64,000 nt of DNA from Dimorphilus gyrociliatus. Taxonomy: Eukaryota > Animalia > Annelida. Position numbers and translations under genes: made by a program. The stretch covers positions 1,674,968 to 1,738,967 of the forward strand of contig CAJFCJ010000009.1 in assembly GCA_904063045.1 (NCBI GenBank). The letters run 5' to 3'. The notes under the pieces are model-generated. The model made no database searches. It saw only the letters and a program-made list of their open reading frames with translations, and was not told the DNA's origin. Position 1 is the first letter of the stretch. The number at the start of each line of letters is the position of its first letter. This document shows, piece by piece, positions 36,450 to 47,636 of the stretch.

Positions 36450-38516
36450 ATGGAAGAAGGCGCTGCTTTTCATAACGCGGCCGAAATCGGCAACAACATG
36501 AACATGCAAGGTTCATCAATTGGCCGAAAAGTGGAGGAAGTAAATCAACGAGCTCAGTATTCAATGCCAGGGATTCTGCACTTTCTTGAAACTGAATGGG
36601 CAAAATTCCAGATGGAGAGAGCTGAATGGGAAGTTGAGAGAGCCGAATTACAGGCTAGAATAGCCTTTCTCCAAGGCGAAAGAAAAGGGCAAGAGAATCT
36701 TAAACAAGATCTAGTTAGACGTATCAAAATGTTGGAGTACGCTTTAAAGCAAGAACGCACCAAAATGCAAAAAATGAAAATGGCGAATTCTGTCAGTTCC
36801 CCGCCGACAACCTCTGAATTTAAAGACGACGAGGAGCGTCCGTCTTCAGAAACCACTCAGTCAACCAACAGCGCTAGCTGGCGGCAAGGGCGTCACCTTT
36901 TACGGCAATACTTACAAGAAATTGGTTATGCCGAGACAATAATTAATGTAAGATCAGCAAGAGTTAGGCAAATGTTAGATCTAGATCGGCCTGTAAACGG
37001 TTCTCGGGGGAAAATGCTAACAGAGAAAGCTCTGTACGAAGCCGAGGCGTCTGTTATAGCCACAATGGACTTTCTACAGAGTAATCATGATGATGCCGTT
37101 TTCAATCCTGATGCTAGTGACGAAGAGGAAGATATATCTGATCGTGTTAAATCCAGGAAGGATACTGATTCAGAGGCTAGTGTTATTAAACAATTTGAGG
37201 AGATGTTAGAAACAGCTGATGCAGACGATTCGACTAAAGAAGACTGGGAAGTCGATGAGCCATACCTAAAACGTTTACAAGAAGAGTTTAAAAAAGACCA
37301 AAGAGGTAAAAAGCCCTCAGCACGCCCTACCCGACAATCTCTTAATAATATGCTGAAAAGCTTGGAAGGGCATACAGAGGAGGAGGAGGAGGAGGAAAGC
37401 AACACAAATGAATCAAATAAAGCATTGACCGGTGCGGATTTAGTGTTAGGCGAACTAAAAGACTTGACCGTTAGTAATATATGCGAGGAAGAGTCTCATG
37501 TCTCGTCGGTTGTCGAACCGAATAGGAAAACGTGGCAAGCCAAATATATGCTTCGATCACATTTTGATGCGATTAGATCATTGGCTTTCTTCTCTAATGA
37601 TGACGTACTTGTAACCGGTGGGGAAGACCATACATTAAAGTTATGGAATGTTCAGAGAAACTTGAGAACATCGCCTGGCAAGAAAGCTATTGCCGCGATG
37701 GATATTGAACCAGTTTATACCTTTAGGGGACATCGAAGTCCTGTAATCAAAGTGGCGCTATCTGAAAATAGCGAATACGTATACAGCAGTAGTTTAGACG
37801 GCGAAATCCGGATTTGGAAGACACCCTTAATCTCGATCGATCCATACGAATTATATGATAGTTCAACTAACGCACATGTCATAAATAAGCACACTGATGC
37901 TGTCTGGGGTTTGGCATCAAGAGACGACTTTTTTATATCAGCATCATCCGATTCAACTGTAGGAATATGGAAAGATGATGCTTCACTACAACGAACCATC
38001 AATTTTCCAATAGAATATGGAATACCAACCTGCGTAGATATTCTAAAGGCTAATAACAATCAGGTATTGGTTAGCTGTTCAGAACCAAATCCAACAGCTG
38101 CCATTATCTACGATATAGAAACGGGAGAAAGTATTACAAGGCTCGATATTCCCGATTCAAAAGTTGGTCGTGTTAACTCTGTTGCGGCTCACCCTAGTTC
38201 GAGTTTGGTCATTACAGCTCATGACGATCGACAATTACGTTTCTTTGACACTCAATCCGGTAAAATGATACATTCGATGATTGCCCATTTGGACTGCATC
38301 ACATCGGTCGGTATCGATCCGTCCGGTTTGTACTGCGTATCCGGAAGTCATGATGCCTCCTTAAGAATATGGAGTATAGAAACAAGACAATGTATTCAAG
38401 AGATTACGGCTCACAGAAAAAAATTTGACGAAGCCATTCTGGACGTTGCTTTCCACCCAAATAAGCCGCTTATCGCTTCGGCGGGCGCCGATGCTTTGGC
38501 TAAAGTTTTTATATAA
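36450..38516 (+). CDS. STRN: Striatin (STRIPAK PP2A B''' subunit), intronless
   Basis: YSMPGILHFLETEW, coiled coil ERAELQARIAFLQGERKGQENLKQDLVRRIKMLEYALKQER, WRQGRHLLRQYLQEIGY, and WD40 repeats ending ASAGADALAKVFI. Confidence 0.96.
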   Translation: MEEGAAFHNAAEIGNNMNMQGSSIGRKVEEVNQRAQYSMPGILHFLETEWAKFQMERAEWEVERAELQARIAFLQGERKGQENLKQDLVRRIKMLEYALKQERTKMQKMKMANSVSSPPTTSEFKDDEERPSSETTQSTNSASWRQGRHLLRQYLQEIGYAETIINVRSARVRQMLDLDRPVNGSRGKMLTEKALYEAEASVIATMDFLQSNHDDAVFNPDASDEEEDISDRVKSRKDTDSEASVIKQFEEMLETADADDSTKEDWEVDEPYLKRLQEEFKKDQRGKKPSARPTRQSLNNMLKSLEGHTEEEEEEESNTNESNKALTGADLVLGELKDLTVSNICEEESHVSSVVEPNRKTWQAKYMLRSHFDAIRSLAFFSNDDVLVTGGEDHTLKLWNVQRNLRTSPGKKAIAAMDIEPVYTFRGHRSPVIKVALSENSEYVYSSSLDGEIRIWKTPLISIDPYELYDSSTNAHVINKHTDAVWGLASRDDFFISASSDSTVGIWKDDASLQRTINFPIEYGIPTCVDILKANNNQVLVSCSEPNPTAAIIYDIETGESITRLDIPDSKVGRVNSVAAHPSSSLVITAHDDRQLRFFDTQSGKMIHSMIAHLDCITSVGIDPSGLYCVSGSHDASLRIWSIETRQCIQEITAHRKKFDEAILDVAFHPNKPLIASAGADALAKVFI

Positions 38517-38550
38517 TATCGTATTCACACGATTAACGAACATCATGATT

Positions 38551-38611
38551 TATATAAATATATATATACATATATATGTATATATATATATGTATATGCA
38601 TATATAGTATA

Positions 38612-38659
<48 letters not shown>

Positions 38660-38688
38660 TATATATTCAGTAAATATATATATATAAA
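38551..38688. repeat. Interrupted (TA)n microsatellite in the striatin 3' flank
   Basis: About 140 bp of TA dinucleotide with occasional C/G interruptions. Confidence 0.9.
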
Positions 38689-39199
38689 TTTCTGTTTATT
38701 ATACTTGTTAGGTTACTCAATAATGTTATGTACTTTGAACAGCGGAAGAGTCAAGATGGGAGTAGGATAGGTTGCTTGTTTTTTTTTCCCTATTTAGAAT
38801 GATCGAATGAAAAAGAAAATTTGCAGTGAAAAAAGTGTTTAATGTTGCTTTATTTGAATCCTTGCCAACTTAAGCAAACATGTAAAAATTACATATGTAC
38901 TCAGAGAGCTTCGGTATCCTTGAAATTTATATATTGGTGCCATACTAAAATGTAAGCGCACAAAACCAAGTAAAACACTTTCCGCTTAAGGTAAAACTTC
39001 AAGTTCCTGATTTTCACTAATAAAGAATCGTTAAATCTACCAAACTTAACAATACCTATCTTTATAAAAAAGTTTTTATAACTGCCCCGTATTACCTATT
39101 ATGTTACTAATTTCATAATTATAAGTACAAATAAACTTCAAAAGCTGATGCTTTTATTTTTCATCTCAAAACGTCGAACAGAGTTCGTACAGTTAACAT

Positions 39200-39708
<509 letters not shown>

Positions 39709-39859
39709 TCAACTGTAAAACGAATGGAAGTATGAGAATTTTATTTACCCTAAAGGAACTTTATATTTTGGTTATTAAGATGATAGAAAATTTAAAGAAT
39801 TTTAAAAGCTAGGGGCATAATAAAAGAGGAAAAATTCGTTTTTTCTAAAACGTGTAGTC

Positions 39860-39890
39860 AGCCATCTTACCTTCGCAAACGAAAAGGAGG
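39860..39890 (-). promoter_or_regulatory. 5' TOP-like non-coding first exon of UBA52, with a YY1-type site at the start of intron 1
   Basis: The minus strand reads CCTCCTTTTCGTTTGCGAAG|GTAAGATGGC. A pyrimidine tract at the transcript start is typical of ribosomal-protein mRNAs. Intron 1 is 39870-39713. Confidence 0.6.
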
Positions 39891-40257
39891 CAGTCAAGTT
39901 GCGCACTGAAGTCGATAATTTAAAAAAAAAATTATAATATCAGAATTATCAAATTTTAAAATTTTAATGCTATGAACAAACAGAAATAATTTTTTTCTAT
40001 TTTAATTGACACTTGCTGCGTGCCGTAACAACTTCCGGTCAATTAGCTTCTCTCAAGTTATTATGTGTTAGAATTAGCATGAATGAATGATGATCTATGT
40101 GATAACTTAAATAGTCTGAGTTGCATCGACTAAGGTAATTTCCGTACAAATTGCGCAGTTAAGATTCTTTTAATTTTAAAGCATTAATGATAATATAAAA
40201 GCCGCGCATTATTTTGAATTGATGTAATCAATATTTTAAGAATATTCACTTATTGGA

Positions 40258-41429
40258 ATGAGTGTGGAATGCCAAAAGTGCCAAAAGACGACAGAGTATG
40301 TTTTGTATTTAATTATAATTCAGAATATTCATTGAAATTTTAAACAGATGGTTCAAAAAGATGATTCAGTGCTGGAAATGCTTTTCCTGGTATCATAATG
40401 GTAAGTACCCATTTCATTTGTGGCCATAATTACTTTTATAACTTAACTTTTAGACTGTATAAGTATTAGCCATCCGAGTTTAGTCTTTGGTGATCGTTTT
40501 TGGCGTTATCAGTGCAAGATATGTGGTGATGAAGAATTGTCAAAATTAGATATGGAATGGAAAGATATAGCTCATTTGGTTCTTTTCAACTTATGGCATA
40601 TACATGGCTATAAACATCATGACGTAGCAGATGTTATAGAATTTATGAAACAAAATTTGTCCAGATTTCAAAATCAATCGTTACAAGATCAGGATCCATC
40701 CACTTGGCATGGTAAATTTACCGAGATTTTCTCATCACATCCAGATATATTCATATGTGGAAAGGAGCAAAAGAAAAGAAGCTCCCTATGGGGTTTGAAA
40801 CAGTTCAAACCACCTACTGTAGAAGCAGCGGGACAAAAAAGACAAAATTTTTGGTATTACTATTATAAAACATTTTATATCTTATATCTAAGTTTCACAA
40901 TTGCAGTGAATTTAAGAGAAAGTGTTCTGACGAGGATAATAAAGAACTTCGTGGGACAGGTGCAGTTGTTAGTCAGAAATTTCTAGAATTGCAACAAAAA
41001 AAGAAGACGAAAACGGAGCCCAAAGCGACCAATCAATCTACAACTGATCAGGCCTATTCTCATTTACCAACGCCCCCACCGGAACCATCGATCAGCATTG
41101 ACTACTCAAAAAGGAAAAGAGGAAGAAAACCGAAAGAATATTATGAGCAAGCTAATACTAATCAACCAAAATCGAACGCAGATCAATTATCTTCACTAAC
41201 AGATATTAGAATGAAAGGTAAATGCATATCTACAACCAGCGTCTTTGAGAAAAATGTCATCGATAATACGATCAAGTTAACGCTCAAATACGATCGTTTA
41301 AAAATGTCGATGTCTAACATATTTGGACCAATTGACAGACTCAAAAACGGTCAAACTTTTACTGTCCACGCAAAACGGGTTAATGAAAATAATCAGGTAG
41401 AATATCTTATTGAATGGCACGATGACTAA
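40258..41429 (+). CDS. Pcl: Polycomb-like (PHF1/MTF2/PHF19 family) protein with PHD2, winged-helix and C-terminal chromo-like domains only, 4 exons
   Basis: Spliced MSVECQKCQKTTEWFKKMIQCWKCFSWYHNDCISISHPSLVFGDRFWRYQCKIC matches PHD2. MEWKDIAHLVLFNL...FICGKEQKKR..LWGLK matches the EH/winged helix. FGPIDRLKNGQTFTVHAKRVNENNQVEYLIEW matches the C-terminal chromo-like domain. Confidence 0.88.
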
Positions 41430-41570
41430 AAGATGTGTGATTCTTCTTATCTTTTAAAACTTGTGCCTAAAAAGCCTTTAGACAACATATTGTGTTCTTT
41501 TTACAATTTTTGTATTCAGTTATTGTTTTTCTTTTCATTTTTAAAAATAAAATATGGACGGACAAGTAAA

Positions 41571-44206
41571 TTATCTCTTACCTTGCCTAGATAGAGCTTT
41601 TCGTCTTGCTTCCATAAAAGCTATAATATCAGCGTCGGCTTGAGGATCACCAGTTAACGGAATATCAGCAGGAACGGTAGATTTCTCAACTTTATGAGGG
41701 GTTGACCAACCTGTTTTGCCAAGATTGTCATAAGAGCTGTCTACTTTCCTGCTATTCCTCTGTATTAAATCGCTATCTTCTTGCTTTCTTTGGTTGAGCG
41801 CTGCCTGCTCAGCCCACCAGATTTCGAAATCTTTTAATAATTTCATTTTTGAACTATCGAGTAAATGTTGTGTATGCTCTATTTCGGCTTTCAGATGTTT
41901 TAGTAAATTAAAACGTTCTTTATAGGAAGTTTTGGCGGAATCTAGATTACATTTAATCTCTTCTTCTAGACTGTCTTGATCATCAGTCATAGCAACGCGA
42001 ACTCTCTCACGTTCCAATTTAGACTTAAGAGCATTTATTTGTTGACGTGAGGTATTTACTTCATTTCCGAGTTCTTTTGCTTGGCTATATAAAGACTTTA
42101 GCTCAGCTTTGTGCTGCTCCAAAACATGATTTAACTTATACTCTCTTCGAAATGTATCAAAAGCCTCTTGTCGTCCAATCGACATTTCATTAACTATAAT
42201 ATTTTGTTTATTAGAATTGGAAAAACAATAAAACTATGTCATATACAAAAAAAAGAAAAACATACGAATTTTCTTTTGTCTTGTTTCATCCTGCTTTTTC
42301 ATCTTAATTGGACCGACAGCTTTTTGGCTAAAATTATCTGACTGGGTTGTGGAGGGAGGAGTTGAATCCGAATAGAAACCATTTTGTGAATCAAAAGTTG
42401 AATCTTGTTTCGGTGTTGGAGGAGGTTGAATTCCGGCTTTTTTTAATTCAGATGTAGCATTTTTAACTCTTTTTTTCTCTTTCTTTAGCATATTGACAAG
42501 AATATCTATAAGAAAATATTTTATGAAAAACCTTCTTATCCGAAACAGAAATGAACTTACTAATTTCATTATCTCTTTGTTGCAAAAGATCTTTAATTCG
42601 ACCAAATTCGTTTGAATTAAAATTATCTTCCTTTTCTCTAATAGTACTTACATCACTTGAAGCTGGGGTTATTGATCGCACAGACGCTTTTTCATTGAAC
42701 TTTCTCTATGTGAATAAGAATAATGTAGATCAATCATGTAGAGTATATTATTAAAAATACCTTAATTATTCTAAAACATTCGTGAACTTTTCTTAAATCT
42801 GCACCAACGTCTATCATACTTTCAGGATTATTATCCTGAAGAAATTCACAAACTAATTTTTCGCATTCACTTATTTCTTCGTTAGACAAATCAAGAGTTG
42901 ACTGGTCGCCGTTGGTCATTGAAATTTGGTCTTTTAATTGTTGGATTTCTCTTTTTAATTTCTGTATCATTAACTTAGGATCTAATTCTTCGTTTAATAT
43001 AGCATCATTCTTAATCATAGCTACTCTTTGAGCAAATCTGCAGGTGGATATAGATTCCTGTAGGAAAGAGGGAAATATATTTTAAAACTATATCTTAATT
43101 AGTAACAACTAACATCAATGTTCTTTTTTTCAATGGATATTGTGGCAATCATTGTAGTCATGCAGTTTCCTCCTAAACTATCCCTCAACACCGATGTCAT
43201 CATGGAATTTCTATATGGAATGTGTGTTCTACCAGCTTCAGATAAGGCAACAATTACTTGTTCCAAATAATGAAGGGATAAATTAATGTATTTGGCCTCT
43301 GTAAGTAATTGTCCATTTACACCAGTTTTGGAAACTCTTTCCGAACCAGCCAAGTCAACTAAGTGTAATTTTGCTCTTCGAACTGTGGCACTTCCTGCTT
43401 CTCTTACGGTCAAATGTATAGTAAATATACAATGTGATCTCGTTGAAGCTTGATTCATTGGCGTTTCAGCAATCATACGATTTGTATCACCGACAAAAAG
43501 TAAATTTAAAGCATCTTCTTCCGATGCTGCTGGATAAAGAGCAAGATTTTTCAAGTGGATGTTTTGTTCGGAATCTTCATGTAAACTGACTTTAGGTAAA
43601 TCTTCTAATTTTGTTGCTTCATGCTTTGGATCCAATAGATCGTAGCCGTTTTCATTGTAAATTTCCAAATAAGAAACACTGGTTGCATATACACTATCAG
43701 GATTTTTTGAGTAGTAATCAAAAATATAGGATAATGTTCTTGGTATAATTCCACGGTCTGCATATCGTTCTGCTCCTCCAGTCATTGTGTATGTTTTTCC
43801 ACTACCAGTCTAAAGTAAAATCAGTTAAAAGGAAAATAAACTTTAAGAAAAAATAAACTTTACCTGGCCGTAGGCAAATATTGTCCCGTTATATCCTTGG
43901 AGAACATTATCAATGACCGGTTGAGCCACATGCTCAAAGATATCATCCTGTCTTGTTTTTTGATCGAAAGCTGATTGAAATTGAAATTTATAGTTTTCTT
44001 TTTTATTATTAACCATCCATTCTACTGATTCTTTCGGCAAATTGAACGATATTATATCGGCATCTTCTTTTTCCTCGACATCATATATCTGTTGACATAG
44101 AGAAAACAATATACATGATTGAATTAATCAAGAAAATCATACGTACTGCAAGCTTTCCTTTTGTCGGCTTTACTCTGCAAAAAATCTTGATCGTATCTTT
44201 CACCAT
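41571..44206 (-). CDS. KIF6: Kinesin-9 family motor KIF6, multi-exon
   Basis: MVKDTIKIFCRVKP, GYNGTIFAYGQ/TGSGKTYTMTGGAERYADRGIIPRTLSYIF, HEATKLEDLPKV, DTNRMIAETPMNQASTRSHCIF, LVDLAGSERV and C-terminal PLTGDPQADADIIAF. Confidence 0.95.
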
Positions 44207-44719
44207 TTTTACGTTTGTAGCTACGATGTCAAGTAATCATATTTCACACAATTCTTCGAATATTTTCTCTAAACAAACGAATATTTTGGAATTTAGCAGA
44301 CGACAAATTTCCGCGTCTTTATGCTTATCGCGCCATCTATAGGTAACCAACAAACAACCTATTTACAGGCCTAATTGGTATTCTTCCGCAGAAAAATTCG
44401 GGAATTTTTCGGCAACTTTTTAATAAATTTATTTCATATTGATGCTTGGATACTAAAACAAGCGTTCCACTCAATAATTCGAACAAACGTTTTTCAAGTA
44501 CTTATTTCTTATCTTATCACCGGTTAGCCGTTGCACACACAGGAACTATATTACAGGCGCAAGGCCTAGCTGTGTAAAGAAAAGTTCGGACGCGCACGAC
44601 TGCCTCTTTTCAAGACGATTTTTTCTTCAAAACTACCGTCGCGTAGCAAGTCTATTCACGCCTTTGTCACTGCTTATCTCCCAACCTTCGGCATATCTCA
44701 GCAAACTTTGCCGGCAAAG

Positions 44720-47021
44720 ATGACAGAAGGTGTGAAGCTAAATGGAACCTGCCCTCCGCCTGGAAGCCCTGTTATAAATCCTGTAAGATAACTCTTATTT
44801 CTCAATATTTTTGCAAATGGAAACCTGATTGAGTGCGCTAAAATTTAAGCTATTCCTTGGAATCTAGCCGAAAACTTTATTCGAGAATGTTTTGTAATCA
44901 GGGCTTCTGATAGATTGTTTCAAGGTGAAATCGATCTGAAATTGCAATATAGTTTTTTTAGGAAAATTATTCAATGCATAATAGAGTTTTAACATCAAAA
45001 AATTATTATTTAAAAACCAATATTAGGTTTTATCAGAATGTTAAAGGAAACTTCTTTGAAAAGAACAATGGTCTGAATCTTTCTGCTATAGTTAACTACT
45101 GTTCATATTAATTCTATTCAAAACGGCTAATAAGTTAGCCGAAATTTTGTGACTAATTCATACTTTTCAATATTAAATTCTTTGAAAGATTTTATTGAAT
45201 TATGTTAAGGAATATGGTCTTATTTAATTTCATAACGTTCTTTCGAAGAGAACATTATCTCGATATTCAATGCAATATTGAACTATATGCTATGAAACTT
45301 AGTATAAAAGTTGGGATATTTTAACCCCTTAAGGGTTTCTATTTAAGTTTACTTACGAATCATTTAGAATATGAAAGAGCTGTGTTAGAACTTACTTACG
45401 TTGAGTGAAAGAAAGCCTTATTTTAAACGTTCTTTTCTAACTTTACCCTTTAATCCATTAACTATACTTTTCTGAATTTAGGCTAACAGGTTTCTTCTTT
45501 TTCTAGACAGATCAGTTTGATAACTTACCTCAATATATTCTCACAGTGGATTGTCTGTCAAAACTTTTACAGATTCCGTGAATCTCAAAATATATTGAAT
45601 TCAGTATTATTTATTTACAGACCATCCCTTACAATGGCCCTTTACTCCCTTTACAATCACAACAAATGATAATCATCCAGGGGTATATTTCACCTACTTG
45701 TACATCCTTTAATATATCTCTGTTGGTAAGTAATAACAATGTTCAAGAAAAGAGCGACGTTGCCCTGTGCATAACTATCTGCTTTACGGAGCCATCTTGT
45801 ATAAAACGTAATAGTTTTCTACAAGGAAGCTGGGGCCTAGAAGAAAAAGAGGGCCCAACCTTCCCTTTAAAGAGGGGTCATACTTTTGAATGCATAATTT
45901 TAGTTCAAGAAGATCATTTTAAAATGGCATTCAATCAGCAACACTATGCTGAGTACAGGCATAGAATTCAAAAAGAAGTAGTTACCAATTTATACATCGA
46001 TGGAGATATCAATATTCAGACGATATGCTTTCAAGGACCTGGCATACCTTCTAGACCAATTAACCCACTTGCTAATGTTCATTCTACTTCATCAGTAACG
46101 GTTATGCAACATCAATCACATCCTGTGATGAATCCACCCGTTCCATTTGTGATTCCAGTTGTTCCAGTAGCTAATGATCAAACAATTTGCCTCCGTGGAC
46201 ATGTAAAAACTGGAGGAAGCCGCTTTAGAGTTAGATTACAATTAGACGTAAGCCTGACAGGAGATGCTGCTCTTGAGACTTTAGTAAACATGACTGACGA
46301 AGTCGTTTCTCGTGCTGATGTACAGCAAGGCCAACGACAAATGGAAGAAACCACTGGCCCACCATTAACTGTGCGTCCGGGTCAACCGTTTGAACACATG
46401 ATTCTTATACAAGAAGACTGCATTAGATTAGCGTTCAACGGATCTCATTTTGCTGACTATCGTCATAGAATATCCAAGAGTAACATTACTCATTTCAGTG
46501 TCGATGGAGATATCCTTGTTCAAAGTGTTTTCTTTCAAGGACCTGGAATACCTGTTCCCAACACAATAGCTCAACGATCGCCAACTAGTGCTAATTCTCC
46601 TACTATGTCTTTTCCAGTACCATATAAGTGTCCAATTCCAGGAGGTGAATTTCATGGACGAATGATTTATATTTGTGGTGTCCCAGATGTCAGAGCGAAG
46701 CAGTTTGTTGTTAATCTTCGTTGTGGAGAATCAGGTACGAGTGATGTAGCGTTTCATTTCAATCCCAGATTTGCTGAAAACACTGTTGTACGAAATACGC
46801 ATACCAGTGGAGCATGGGGAAACATGGAACGGGATCACAATAGCTTTCCTTTTACTCCTGGTGTTCCTTTTGACATGATTGTTTTGTGCGAAAATGAGCA
46901 ATTTAAAGTTGCTGTCAATAATCAGCATTTTATAGAATACAAGCATAGGTTACCCAATTTGAAACAGATTAATTGCTTGGAAGTTGCTGGAGATGTTAAA
47001 CTAACTAGAGTGCAGTTGTGA
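44720..47021 (+). CDS. Galectin with three tandem carbohydrate-recognition domains (exon 1 44720-44782, exon 2 45621-47021)
   Basis: Three galectin-fold repeats, each ending F/Y-x-[ED]-Y-[RK]-H-R. Only the third has DVAFHFNPRF..VVRN..WGNMER. The 838-bp intron is phase 0 and in frame. Confidence 0.9.
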
Positions 47022-47636
47022 CTTAGACTGTTTCCTGAGCTATTGTTTGTTTTTAATGCTTGCCAAATAAAAATTTGTGTCTCTTTTTCTGTGGCTTTCA
47101 CTGATGACTTGATCTACAGGTTTTATTTTTTTACAAGATTTTATTGGAACCGTTTACAGCATGTAATTAATGTATTCTAAGTTACGTTATGTGACATTGT
47201 TTAAAAAAAATTGCAATTTATGCCTAAAAACGATTTGGATCTGTTTAGTTATCAAGTAAGAATTAGAAGTGGTTTACTCCTAATAAACTTATAACTAATT
47301 AGCTTAAATATTAATCAATTAGAGAATGTGTAGTCAAACAGCTGATTTAAAAAAAAGAGGAAATCCAGGCCATTTAGTATATTATTGAAGTCAAACAGCA
47401 ATGTTCTTTTAGCTTTCTCTCACACCTTTACTGACTTATCTTATCAGCCATGTCGTTATCAGACACACTGGCCGTTACGATATAAAATATGTCTTTACAT
47501 AGGTAAATGGAAATTTTGAATTTAACAAAAAAAATGTTTACATGATTGATAACACGTGTTTTTTATTAAGTGAAAAATGTCATTTAATAGTTATAGTGAT
47601 TGTATTTAACAAGGTCTGCGAGAAATAATAGTTTTA

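Noticed and set aside
36307-38546. Antisense ORFs over striatin, and similar 60-180 aa antisense ORFs over ZFYVE26, the galectin, the nitrilase and the last gene
   Set aside because: They are opposite-strand or alternate-frame shadows of real coding exons with no independent motifs.
39713-39870. UBA52 intron 1 (158 bp) as a snoRNA host
   Set aside because: I found no box C/D pair or convincing H/ACA hairpins. The extra length is explained by promoter-proximal motifs.
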